Below are positions 12,305 through 24,237 of a stretch of DNA of 64,000 nt, piece by piece. The stretch comes from Camelus dromedarius (taxonomy: Eukaryota): positions 76,510,001 to 76,574,000 of the forward strand of contig NC_087437.1 of NCBI RefSeq assembly GCF_036321535.1, given 5' to 3'. The position numbers were made by a program, and so were the translations under genes. Every line of letters starts with the position of its first letter. Within the stretch, counting starts at the first letter, position 1. Under the pieces are notes generated by a model. The model ran no database searches, was not told the origin of the DNA, and saw only the letters and a program-made list of their open reading frames with translations.

Positions 12305-13946
12305 AATTATACATTTTATTTTAAGGTAACTATAGATTTTATCATAAGCAGTTGTATAAAATGATGCAGAGAGATCTCATGTAACATTTACTCAGTTTTT
12401 CCCCAGTGGTAATATCTTCCAAAATTATCATAACCAATAAGTTGATATTGATGCACTTAATCTATCTTTTCAGATTTCCCCAGTTTTATTTGCACTCCTT
12501 TCGGTTTGTGTGTTGAATTCTATGCAATTTTATCACCTTTGTGTCTCCACTGTCACAGTCCGAAGATGGCACATTTTCATCACCTGAAAGATCCCTTGTG
12601 TTGCTCTTATATAGACATATCCCCTTCCTCCCTGCTTCCCCTCTCCAACCCCGTCCTCAAGTCCTGGCAACCACTGATCTGTTCTCCGTTTCTATAATTT
12701 TGTCATTTCATGAATGTTAAATAAATGGAATCGTAACAGTATGTAAACTTTTGGGGACTGGCCTTTTTTTCCCCCTAAGTAATCTGTATAAAATTCTAAA
12801 TTGTTGTGTGTATCAAGAGTTTGTTCTTTTTATTGCTGAGAAGTATTATATGGTATGGATGTATCACAATTTGTTCATCCATTAACGTATTAAAAGACAT
12901 CTGGGTTGTTTCCACTTTTAGGCTATTAGAACACAAACAATTGTGTACAGGTTTTTGCATAAGCATGCATTTTAATTTCTCTGAGGTAAATGCCCACAAA
13001 TGCAATTGCTATTGTGTGGTAATTGCACATTTAGTTTTTGAAGAGACCGCCAAACTGTTTTTCAGAGTTTCATATCAGTAATGTATGACTGATCTAGTTT
13101 CTCCATATCCTTGCCTATATTTGGTATTGGGACTATTTTTAAAAATTTTAGCCATTCTGATAGATGTGTACTAATCTCATTGCAGTTTTAACTTGTATTT
13201 TTCTTAATGGTTAATGATTTGAATACCATTTCATGTGTTATTTGCCATCTGTATATCTTTTTCAGTGAAATGTCTTGCCTATTTTCTAAATGGTTTGTTT
13301 ATTGTTTTGGTTGAGAATTCTTTATACATTCTAACTGCTAGTCTTTTGTTGGTTTGGACATTTTTCTCTCAATATCTTGTCTTTTCAGCCTCTTAACAGG
13401 ATCTTGGCAGAGCAAAAATTCTTAGCTTTGATGAAGTCCAATTTATCAATATTTTTCTTTTATGGGTTGTGCTTTTGGTATTCAGTCTAAGAACTCTTCA
13501 CCTAGCTCTAGGTCTAGATGATTTTCTCTGTTTTTTCCCCTAAAAGTTTTATAGTTTATCATCTTATGTTTAAGTCCATGATACCTTTTAGTTAATTTTG
13601 GACAAGGTGTGTGGTTTAGGTTGAAGTTCAGGTGTTTTGTTTGTTTGTTTGGTTGGTTGGTTTTGCTTTGTGGGTTATTTTATTTTATTTTTTGGCCTAT
13701 GGATGTCCAGTTGCTCCATACCATTTGTTAAAATGCTTTTTCCCCCATTGAGTTGCTTTTGCACCACTGTGAAAATCAATTCGGTTTATTTATGTGGATC
13801 TATCTGTGGGTTCTCTGTTCATTCCACTTAGCTCTTGTCTGTTGCTTCACCAGTACCACTCTCTCTTGATCATGTAGATGTACCATATATAATGTTTGTA
13901 GGAGTAATTCTTCTTACTTTATTTTTCTATTCAAAATTATTTTAGT

Positions 13947-14860
13947 CAGACAGGAGTGGCCAAGATGGCAGGTAAGAAGACCCTGAGTTCATCTCCCATA
14001 GGCACACCAACATTACAACTCTTCACAGAGAAACTATTGATGACAGTGACCTGCAGACTAGCTGAAAAAAAAATTTCACAAGTAAAGATATAAAGAAGGA
14101 GCCAGAATGAGATGGGTAAGAGGGGCAGAGATATGTCAGGACCCCCATCCTGAGGCAAGTGACCCACAAATGGGAGAATAATCAAAATTGCACTGGTTCT
14201 CCCCAAGGAGCAAGGGGTCTGAGCCCCACATCTCGCTCCCCAGTCCAGGGCTCCCGCACCGGGAATATGAGCTCCAGGAATTTCTGGTTTTGAAAGCCAG
14301 TGGGACTTGAGCATGGGAGACCCAGAGGCTGTGGGAAATAGAGATTCCACTCTTAAAGCTCCTGTGCAAACTTTCACACACTCTGGGACCCAGAGCCAAG
14401 ACAGTAATTTGAAAGTAGCTTGAATTAGACCCACTTGCTGATCTTGGAGAAGCCTCCTAGAAAAGACATAAGGCCACCGCGACTCCCCTGAGGGACACAG
14501 ATGCTGGCAATAGCCGTTTTGGGGAGCTTGTTCTACTACAAAAACACTGCTGCTGGCAAGTGCCGTTTTGGAGTTCTCTAGACTATGAGCACGGGGATCC
14601 AGCCCTGGCATGTACGATATAATTAATATAATTAACACGACTGTATGTTATACACGAACGTTGTTAAGTGAGTAAATCCTAAAAGTTCTCATAACAAGAA
14701 AAAAAATTTTGTTTCTTTTTAAATTTTGTATCTATATAAGATAATATTCACTGAACTTAAATTGTGGTCATCATTTCATGACCCATATCATTCAAATCAT
14801 TATGCTATACACCTTAAACTTACACAGTGCTGTATGTCAGTTATATCTTAATTAAGCTGG
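13947..14860 (+). mobile_element. Internally deleted L1 derivative: 5'UTR fused to a 3'UTR (L1MA9-like tail), TSD-flanked
   Basis: caagatggc 5' motif near the start, GC-richer 5'UTR to ~14608, then L1 3'UTR (atgtac...ttatgctatacaccttaaacttacacagtgctgtatgtcagttatatct). TSD aaaattRttttagt at 13933-13946 and 14861-14874. Confidence 0.8.
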
Positions 14861-15429
14861 AAAATTGTTTTAGTTATTCTAGGACCTGTATTTTTCCATA
14901 AAATATAAAGATAAGCTTGTCTATGTATAAAACGCCTTACTAAGATTTTGATAGAATGTTTTAGATCTATAAATCAATTTAGGGAGAATTGACATCTTCA
15001 TTAAATCTTCAATCCATGAACGTGGTAAGTCTCTCTATTTATTTAGATCTTTGATTTCTTTCATCAGCATTTTGTAATTTTAAACATACAGATCCTGTGT
15101 ATGTTTTGGTAAGATTATTCCTAGTATTTCAGTGTCTTTGAAGTGATTGTAAAAGGTACTGTGTTTTTAAATCCTAGTCAGCATATTCATTGTTATTATA
15201 CAGAAATACTATTAATTTTTGTAAACTGATCTTGCTGAATTCAGTTATTAGTTCTACAAGTGTTTTTGTAGGTTCCTTCTGATTTCCTACACAGAAAATT
15301 ATGTAATCTGCAAATAAGTAAATTTGGTCCTTACTTTCCAAACTGTATGCCTTTTATTCCTTTTTTTGTCTTACTTCAGTAGCTAGGACTACATTGACTA
15401 AGAGAAGTGAGAGTGGATAGCTTTGCCTT

Positions 15430-15622
15430 CTTTTTTTTTTTTTTTTTTTTTGAAGTATAGTTGATTTACAATGTTGTGTTAGTTTCTTGTATACAGCATA
15501 GTGATTCAGGCATATATATATGTATATATATATATATATTTTTTCTTTATAGGTTACTACAAGATATTGAATATAGTTCCTTGTTCTATACGGTAGGACC
15601 TTTTTTTTTTTTTTAAATCTAT
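15430..15622 (-). mobile_element. 5'-truncated young artiodactyl-type L1 3' end
   Basis: PolyT followed by gaagtatagttgatttacaatgttgtgttagtttc...; TSD ctttgcctt at 15421-15429 and 15623-15631. Confidence 0.85.
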
Positions 15623-16480
15623 CTTTGCCTTGTTCTTAATCTTAGGAGGAAAGCATTCAGTGTTTTACTATTAAGTATGTTATTAGCTATAGGTTTCTTG
15701 AAGATGCTCTTTATCAAGTTAAGGCAGTTTTCCCCATTACTAACTTGCTGAGAATTTTTTTTTCTTCTTTAGCTGTTAGTATGGATTACGTTAATTGAGT
15801 TTCAAATGTTGAGACAGTTTTTTATATCTGGAATAAATCCCAGTTGGTCATGGTGTTTAATTCATTTTATACATTGCTTAATTTGATTTGCCAACATTTT
15901 TGAGCATTTTTGCATTTTGGTTCATAAGAGACACTGATTTGCAGTTTTTGCTTTTTGACCTGTCTGTCTAATTTTGATATTTGGGTAATACTGGCCTCAT
16001 AAAATAAGCTTAGAAGTGTTCCCTCTTTTGTCTTCTGGAAGAGAATGTATATTTCTTCTTTAAACATTTAATAGAGTTCTCCAGTGGAACCATTTGGCTG
16101 GAGATTTATATTTTGGAAGTTTCAAGTTATGAATTCAGTATCTTTAATGATTATAGGACTATTGAGATTATTTACATCATCTTAATAGATATTTGGTAGT
16201 TTGTGATTTTCAGGGAGTTGGTACGTTTCATCTAACTTGTTGAAAATATGAACATAAAGTTGCTTGTAGTATTCCTGTATCATTTTTAAGTGGTTGCAGA
16301 ATCTGTTGTGATATCTTATTTCATTTTTTATAATGGATTTGTATCTTCTGTCTCACTAGTTTTGCTAGAGGTTTGCCAATTTTATGATTTTTTTGAATAG
16401 GTAGTTTTTTGCTTAATTGATTATTCTCTGTTGTTTTCCTGTTTCCAGTTTTAATAATTTCTGCTCTTATCTTTACTTAT

Positions 16481-16572
16481 TATTATTCTTCTTAATGGAG
16501 GTACTGGGGATTGAACCCAGCATCTGGTGCATGCTGAGCACATGTTCTACCACTGGGCTATTCCCCTCCCCT
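16481..16572 (-). mobile_element. tRNA-derived SINE (Vic-1-like)
   Basis: ggaggtactggggattgaacccag...ctaccactgggctattcccctcccc; TSD-like tgctYttatcttta on both sides. Confidence 0.9.
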
Positions 16573-16621
16573 TTGCTTTTATCTTTATTATCTTCCTTTT
16601 GCTTGTTTTCTGCTTATGTTT

Positions 16622-16790
16622 CTCTTTTTTTGTTCATTGAAGTATAGTTGGTTTACAATGTTGTGTTAATTTCTGGTGTACAGCATAATGATTTAGTTAT
16701 ATGTATTCCTTTTCATACGCTTTTTCATTATAGGCTATTATAAATTATTGACTATAGTTCCCTGTGCTACACAGTAGGACCTTGTTTAGT
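16622..16790 (-). mobile_element. 5'-truncated artiodactyl-type L1 3' end
   Basis: ttgaagtatagttggtttacaatgttgtgttaatttctggtgtacagc...ccctgtgctacacagtaggacc. Confidence 0.85.
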
Positions 16791-17859
16791 TTTTGAAGTA
16801 ACAACTTAGGTTATTAATTTTAAGCCTTTTCTCTTTTCTAATGTAGGCATTTAGTGCTATAAATTTTCCTCTCAGGAAAATTTTAGTTGTATTCTACATA
16901 TTTTTATATATTGTATCCTGATTTTTATTCAGTTATTTGTATTTTTTAAAATTTCCTTTGAGAGTTCCTCTTTGGCTTATGGATTATTGAGACATGAGTC
17001 ATTTAATTTCCACATATTTAGAGATTTTATGTTGATTTTCTGTTATCAGTTTTTGGTTTGATTTTATTGTAGTCAAAGAATTTATTTTATGATTTTAATT
17101 ATTTTAAATTTCTTGAGATTTATTTTGTGACCTAGGATATGGTTTGTCTTGATAAAGCTTCCATGGGCACTTTAAAAAAGCTTTTTGTGTTGTTGAGTGG
17201 AAGGATCTATGTATATAAATTAGATCCTTTTGATTTATTGTGTAGTTTAGATGTTTTATGTCATTGCTGATTTGGTAGTATCTAGAAGAGAAGATTCTCT
17301 AACCTGTTGGTACTAGGAGGCTTCCTGAGCTGGGCCATTTGATGTGGTGGGATTCCACCTTGCTAGTACCATCTGATGACTCTCAGTGGGAGAGGGCAGT
17401 CTCACGCCCAGCAGAGGAGAGTGCTCTCTCTTGTCTTTAATTGTCAGTGGGGTTTCTGTCTGATCTCCTCTGCCAGTTATTTCTGGGCTCACTTAGTGTT
17501 GGGACTCCCATTTGATGTGGGGAAAAAATGAATCTATATGGGACACCTTCTGTTGATAAGCTGAATGTTGGGAAATGGGTTGCCTTCTTTTGTTGAATTG
17601 GAGGTCATGAGAAACCCTACTGCTGTATTCCTCCAGTCCTGGATTCCATAATCAGTTTCTCTTTCTCTTTACACGTTTCAGGGTTCTTTTTTGCTTACCT
17701 CTTGCATTATTTCCTGGGCTATATTTGTTCTTAATGGGGAAGAGCAAAGAGAAATGAAATCTATGTCATCTTATGTAGTATGTACTATCTGTTTTAATTC
17801 TAAGAACTGCCCTGTGACATAGGAATAATTGCCTCTCTATTGCTGCCTACCCTATAAGA

Positions 17860-18420
17860 TATTTTTCCTCGGTCATTGGTGTTATGGCTGTCAAGATGTT
17901 TTGAAAATCCTAAAGGAGGATTTAATTATTATATTAATTCATAGTTCAGTAAAAATTAAAACCATACATTTGAGAAGACTGTATTTCATATTGTTTTCAG
18001 GAATTATCTTCTTTTTTTTCTTATTTTCCTTAACCATCTAATAAGCCCCCTTTGAGGTCTTCTCCAAGTCAAAGTCAAACCTCAGATAGTTTCTGGAACT
18101 GTTATACTCATTTAAGAAATTTGCTTCTATTCCATCATTTGAGATTCTTAAAAACTATATGAATTCTGTGTTTTATGCTTTGGAGTATAATATTAATATG
18201 GAGACTTGCATCATTAAATATACTCTTATTTTATTATGTAAGTATCTTTTTTCTTTAATCATTCCAGACTATTCTTCCATCTAGTGTTTTACAAGGGTTT
18301 CAAGAGTATCATTCATTTCAGTGATGAAAATGGAAGAAATACAAAAGTTGAATAGGTCTTTGGTCTTTGTTATCTGTTAATATTTTACCATTTTTTTTTT
18401 CCTAAAAGGGGCCTATCCAT
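17860..18420 (-). mobile_element. L3/CR1 LINE internal relic
   Basis: gatgaaaatggaagaaatacaaaagttgaataggtctttgg resembles the antisense CR1 ORF2 (AELLNSYFASVF-like region). Confidence 0.4.
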
Positions 18421-18759
18421 TCTTAGGCCTCCATTTGTTCTTAATACAAGTTTTGTTCTATATTGTATCATCTCTCAATTTTCTTTGATATTTATTCCAA
18501 AATTTCTCTTTTTTCTGGGTCCCACAAGTCTTACTATTTCTCCTAAATAGAGAAGATTGATTATTGTCATTATATAAGAAATACGGTTACTGAATCATAG
18601 TATGCAGAATTTTTGTCAACGGGGTGGGCTTTGCAGTAGGGTTAGGAAGTTTCTTTTGTCATGCAGAGATTATTTCAGTTTTTGAGTACTATACTCAATA
18701 TTTTGTTGTACATACTCACTTTTCGTCCTTTATCCATGTACTTTAAACCAGTACTTTAT

Positions 18760-19950
18760 CCGTGAAATAACTACTGACTCCTCCATATAAAAGTGACCTT
18801 GTGATTATTTAAACCTTTATAACACTGTATGCTTCCTTTATTATAATTATTTTACTGTTTATCATAATTTTATAGTGGTCTTATAACTCTGCCTAACAGA
18901 TTTTAATTTATTTAAAACAAAGGATAGTCTTTGCCATTTTTGTTTTCTCTAAAGTGACAAAATGTATTTTCTGTGTCATAGACAATCAATTAGTGAATTG
19001 AACTAATTATCTTGCAACTCTTTCCTTTCCTATTCTGATCCACAATAGTTTAGGCTCTTAATACTTCCTGTCTGCCCTAATTTGGTAAAATCCTAACTGA
19101 TTTTCTTGATTCCATCTGTTTTCAGTCTAAATCTACCTACATATTGTGTAATGATCATTTTACAAGCCAGGGCAAATCATGCCTTTTTTGGGGGGGGGGG
19201 GAGTCCAAACACACTGTCACCTTCTAAATAAGATCCAGTCTACTGAATATGGCACCCATAACCTTCCCACCCCTTCTCCTTAGCTACTCAGTGACTAAAC
19301 TCTATGCATTTATCTTGATTCCCTAAGCAAGTTCTTTGGTGTCATAGTATGCATGGAATAACATTAGTAAGTCACGCTGGTGTAGCTGTGCATAATTACT
19401 TCTGACAGTGGTAATTGGCCTTTGGTCTCTGGCTACTCCACTGTTCACCCAGCTGTCCCGAGAGTTGAGAATTTATTTAATCACAACTAGACGCATTTAT
19501 GACACACCTTAGAGCAAGATTTGTATCATGCTTTTGTACTCCTTAGTTTTTGCTCATGTGTTCTCCTTTCCTGGGAAACTGCTCTTCACCAAATCCATGG
19601 GCCTCCATCCCCCCTCCTCCCAACATGGCTTCTGTTTTCAAAATGTATACCTGTCTTTCAAGGTCTGACTCTGATGTTGCCACAAAACTTTTTCTGATTT
19701 CTTCTTCTAAAGTTATTTTTTTTTCTTTTCCCCATAACATTTTATTTTTCATTTTCTGTAAAATTACAAATAATCTCTCTGGTATTTGTTAGTTCTTGTT
19801 ACCTTTTCCCCTTCAACCTCATAAGGTTGAAAGTTTTTTGATTTGTACTCCACTCACCATTTAACCCACTCTCATTTTAATTTTCCTTAGCAGACAAAAT
19901 AGTAGCCTACACATACGAGACATGGAATAAACATTTTTTTGAGTTGAATT
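18760..19950 (+). mobile_element. Fragmented L2 relics
   Basis: Pyrimidine-rich L2 motifs and two L2-like 3' tails (~18990 and ~19940). Confidence 0.5.
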
Positions 19951-20081
19951 CTTGGGTATCTCATAAGAATAATATTTTATGCTATATGTAGAATAATTAC
20001 ATTGACAGTGTTACTAGTCATTTCTTTTTAAAAAGAAATTCATCTTGATTTTCCTACATCATTTTTTCAAAACCACTGGGT

Positions 20082-20268
20082 CAGTGGTTCTCAAACTTTA
20101 GTGTATGCAGAATAACTTGGAGGGCTTGTTAAAACACAGATTGCCAGGCACCAAACCCAGAGTTTCTGACTTAATAGGTATGGGGTAGTATCCAAAATTA
20201 GCATTTCTAACAAGTTTGTTTGTGATGCTGATGCTGTTGAGCAAGGGATTGCATTTTGAGAAAATGCC
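20082..20268. mobile_element. MER5A (hAT-Charlie MITE)
   Basis: cagtggttctcaaacttt...ggagggcttgttaaaacacagattg...gcatttctaacaagtt...gatgctgatgctg. Confidence 0.9.
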
Positions 20269-21505
20269 CTTTTGGCTACAGATATATTTTTCTGCTTCAG
20301 GAGACCTTGTAAAAATATCATTTTAGGAGGATATTCTTTTGCATATGTGTGGTAAGATAGAATTGTTGTAGGATACATTAAAACTAGAGGATAGGTTTTC
20401 TGGCCTCAGCCATTCTCTGTTGGGCTTATACATAGGAAATAATATTGTTCCTTTGGGATTTATTCCTTTGCAAACGTACTAGAACTCTCAAACTACAGGT
20501 GTACAGTGTAGTGCCAGGGAGTGTTCTCCTCATGATCCAGGGATCCAGAAACGTTCTTGAAGCCTCTGTAATTTGCTTATCATCTGCTAGAAGCCAGAGT
20601 CCACCAAGTCTACATTATATTTGTGTTCAAGTTCTAGAGGAGACAGAGGACAAGGGCCAGGTTCATTGCCTGTTGCCATCTTGAAAATGGGTGATTACAG
20701 CAAATGTGTGGCATAGAAGAGAGTACAGCTGTGTGAGTGAGAGAGAGAGAGAGATGCATGTTCCTTGTGCCACATAGTTTACATCTTATGCCCTGTGAAA
20801 GATATTTTTCCCCTAAAGAGCAGTCCATTATTAAAGGCCATATCATTTTAATTACATTGTGAGTTTACCCAGTCTTGCGCACAATACTGTGAATCTGGCC
20901 ATCATTTATAACACTGCTTCTGCGATAATTCTGGGTTCCAAATAGCCAACTTGCTAATTAACTTAGGGAACACAGCCTATCTCCACATTGGGTACTGCTT
21001 GTATTGCAGCTTCTGGAGCATATCTGTCCTACTAATTTTGCAAAATGGTCTGTTTGTATATAGCAGGGCAACAATAGGAGCAGGTGCTTAGTCTGTATAG
21101 GGGAATTGACAGTTTCCTATAGCTAGACATAGTTTATTCATATCGATTGGAGACAATGATATAAAAACCTTCTTGTGGTTGCGAATTTCTGTTCTGGGTC
21201 AAAGAAAGGCTAAAGGCTATAGTTGTGTTAGCCAGCACTCCAGTGTGGCAAGTATCCTAAAGCCACTGTGTAAGTAGTGGCCACCCTGGACGTGTTTGGC
21301 TGGTGAGCAGACTGTGGAAGGCCAATAGGAAGGAAAGACCAGGACTCAGGGATTACATCGGCTTTAACAGGTAGCAGCCATCCAAAAATAGTGGCCAAAA
21401 GGGTTATGCGTGTTTACTTTACCCAATTCTGTGTTAAGATGATTTCACAGTGTCAACAATAATAGCTAGTTAAGTGGTTTTGAGTGAAGGATTGTGGTAA
21501 CCTCT

Positions 21506-21902
21506 TGTCACCAGATGGGTTCTCCAAAAGGCCAACTCTGAGCCCGAGACCGGCATGTAGAATGCTTACTGGGGAGGGCTCTTAGGATCAGTATCTATAG
21601 GTGAAAGACAGGGAAGCAGGACTGGGCTGAAGGAAAAGTGGACTGTGGTTCAGCCACCACAAAGCCTTTCTTGGCTAGCCTTGGTCTGAAGGTGGGATGA
21701 CCTCCCACAGTTTCCCTGGCTTGGGCCAGGGAGACTGGTCTTTATCCTTCTGTGTCCACTAGAAGGTTGCCCCTCCAGGAAGAGGGTGTAATTTTGGCTA
21801 AGGAAATCCGAGAGAGAACTGACAATGTCTGTCATCAGTGGGGGAAATGCATCCTTTGGTCCTGAAGTGGATTCTGAGTGTCAACACAGAGCACCCATGA
21901 CA
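21506..21902. mobile_element. LTR16-like ERVL solo LTR
   Basis: gggttctcc...actctgag...ttactggggag...ggaagcaggactgggc; TG...CA termini. Confidence 0.65.
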
Positions 21903-22044
21903 TCTATTCGAGAAGAAGGAAAATGCATAGAGAGCTGGTAGTAACAAGGAATAAACTCTCTGTGGTGAGAGGAGCAGAGGTCTGTGGTCCCAGTTGAATA
22001 GGCTATTACAAGGCTCTGGATACAGTGGAAGGAACTAGAATAAC

Positions 22045-22225
22045 ATATTATGACCCTAATTTATTGATTTATTGTTAATCCTTATAATAGTCCTAAAAGT
22101 AGATATTAATAGCTCCACTTTACAGAAGGAGGCTCAAAAGGAAAAGTAGCTTTTCCACAGCCAGAGACAGATGATAAATGCCTGAAGCAGAATCCAACAC
22201 AGAGTTTCCAAAGCTCCTGCTCTTT
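22045..22225 (-). mobile_element. MIR SINE
   Basis: ttaatccttataatagtcct...ccactttacagaaggaggctca. Confidence 0.6.
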
Positions 22226-24079
22226 TGATTCTATTTCCTGAACACACTCAGGAAATTGTCACACACATTTTCAAAGCCAGGGCAAATCCTGGAGTGGACT
22301 CAGGCTATGGGGTTCCCTCAGGTTTACGGCAGGAAGGTTCCTAACGGTTAGCGGTGGCGGAGGCCATGATTAGAACTCAGCCCACAGATGGCCAGAGCTG
22401 GGGAGAGCTGTGATAGATTGGAGACCCAAAACTCAGTGCCTCCACCTCACAATGAGGTGGCCCACTGACTGAAATGTGATGATTTACTAGGGGTGAAGCA
22501 GGCTCGAGGATTAAATGCACACTATGTGGAGCTGTGTGGAGGAAAGATAACTTTTTTTTTTTGTAGATTTGATCGTCCTTAGGAACCCCCTTTTATCTAG
22601 ATAGGGAGGTGGGAACAAAACGCCCAAATTTTGTCATTCTAGTTCAGTAATTTATACAGATTCTTAAGGTAAAGCAGAGTCTCTTAGATCAAGTCCTGAT
22701 CTTTCAGATTTTTACCTCCCACTCACATTTTCTTTCCAGAACCCTGTTGGGGTGTGTGGAGGTGGATGTGACTTGCCCGATGGTGCTGGGGAAGAATGGT
22801 GGGAGCCCAGGATCCGTGAGCAGGTCCCGGCACTGCATCCTCTCCTCTGGCAGCAGTTTTCCTTACCTGCTGCTCAGGTCGGCTCAGGTTGAGGTCTCAT
22901 CCCTCTGGCTCGGTCACGTCCCCAGGGACTACCCTGAAGACCCAGCCTCCCCTTGCCTCTGGTGGCCCTGTGGGCCTCCCTGAAATCTGCTTGCACTGAT
23001 TTGATTCTCAACTCTGGTCTTTCCTGCCACTTCCCGCCTCTGGGCCATTGACCTTTCTTGCCAGCCAGCATTATCAACTATCTTCTGCACCCTCCATGCT
23101 GCATGTGGAAACCTCTACTGTTCATGCCCTCAGGAACAGGAAGCCTCCAGAGAGTCAGGTGCAGGCCTTCTAACTCTGACCAACAATGACACCCCATCTC
23201 TTCTCACTGCAGTGGCCATCCCTTGCTGATCTGAGGAGGGCTGGTTAAATCATCACCTCACTGTCTCAGACACAAATGGGGCCATGCTGACTTTTGACTC
23301 GACCTGCAGTCTCTTTACCATGTCTCTGGCATTGGCTGAAAGGGAGGGCAGGGCAACACTTGCTCTGTCCCTTTCTTCCTCTCACCAGCTCCCCACAGTG
23401 GCAGTGCCAGGCTCTCATGTTCCTTCTCCTGACTCATAGGAACTTACTTTTTTCATCTCCTCTTGTTTTTGGAGCAGTGATGGTGGCATTGGGGAACAGG
23501 GAGAGGATCAAAGGTTTAAACATAGGTTTAATATTGCCAAATAGTCTTTTTCTATCAGCTAAGGCACACGTGATGAATCATCCTTGCACTTCTTCTCAGC
23601 ACCTCGTCTATGTAGTGCATCCCCACTGATACTTGTCTCAACTTCTACTGACTTGTAATACCTCAGAATTAAACATTTTGCCAAAGTGGAGGAAAAAGCC
23701 TTTCTAAAACTTTGAATATAGTTAAATTGCTGAATTCAATAATTTAAAGAATCCCTTGGTTGCTTGATTGTATGGTCAAAATAATATAGAAAAGGCTGTA
23801 GTTAAATTTCTCAGAAATTGAAATATTCATACACTAAGCCATTTCTTACATAATTGTAATGGGTACTTTTAAGCCCAAGTATATGAGTAGAAGTCTAAGA
23901 GGTCAAAAGAGTAATTTTAAATCATTAATATTAAAGACTTCTTCAGTCATTCAGTTTCCTTTAAAAATCTCATCAGTATGTAGTTTATTTTCATTCCCTA
24001 CTAATAGACCATCTCTAACATTTGACAGCTGAACAGTGTTTTTACCAGTCTCATATTCTGAAGTGCTGTGTAGTTGATG

Positions 24080-24237
24080 GCCTTTTACTTGGTGTCATCT
24101 GTCGGACCAGCAGACCTGGCATCTCCTGGAACTTGTCAGAAATGCAGAATCCCAGGCACACACCCGACCACTGAATCTGAAGTGTAACCAAGTCCCCAGG
24201 TGGTTTGTATGCACATCACAGTCTGAGATGCACTGGT
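24080..24237. mobile_element. MER5A/MER5A1 MITE
   Basis: ggaccagcag...gcatctcctggaacttgtcagaaatgcagaatcccagg...tgtatgcacatcacagtctgagatgcactg. Confidence 0.8.

Larger units (their letters stand above)
12315..17772 (-). mobile_element. Old L1 (L1MC-like), internally deleted, with several nested insertions
   Basis: 3'UTR motif gagagatctcatgtaac...ttccccagtggtaatatcttcc, long T-rich antisense ORF2 relics (ORF track FKEEIYILFQK...EGTL...FYEASIT), and an L1 5'-end-like terminus (tgtcatctt) near 17772. Confidence 0.85.
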
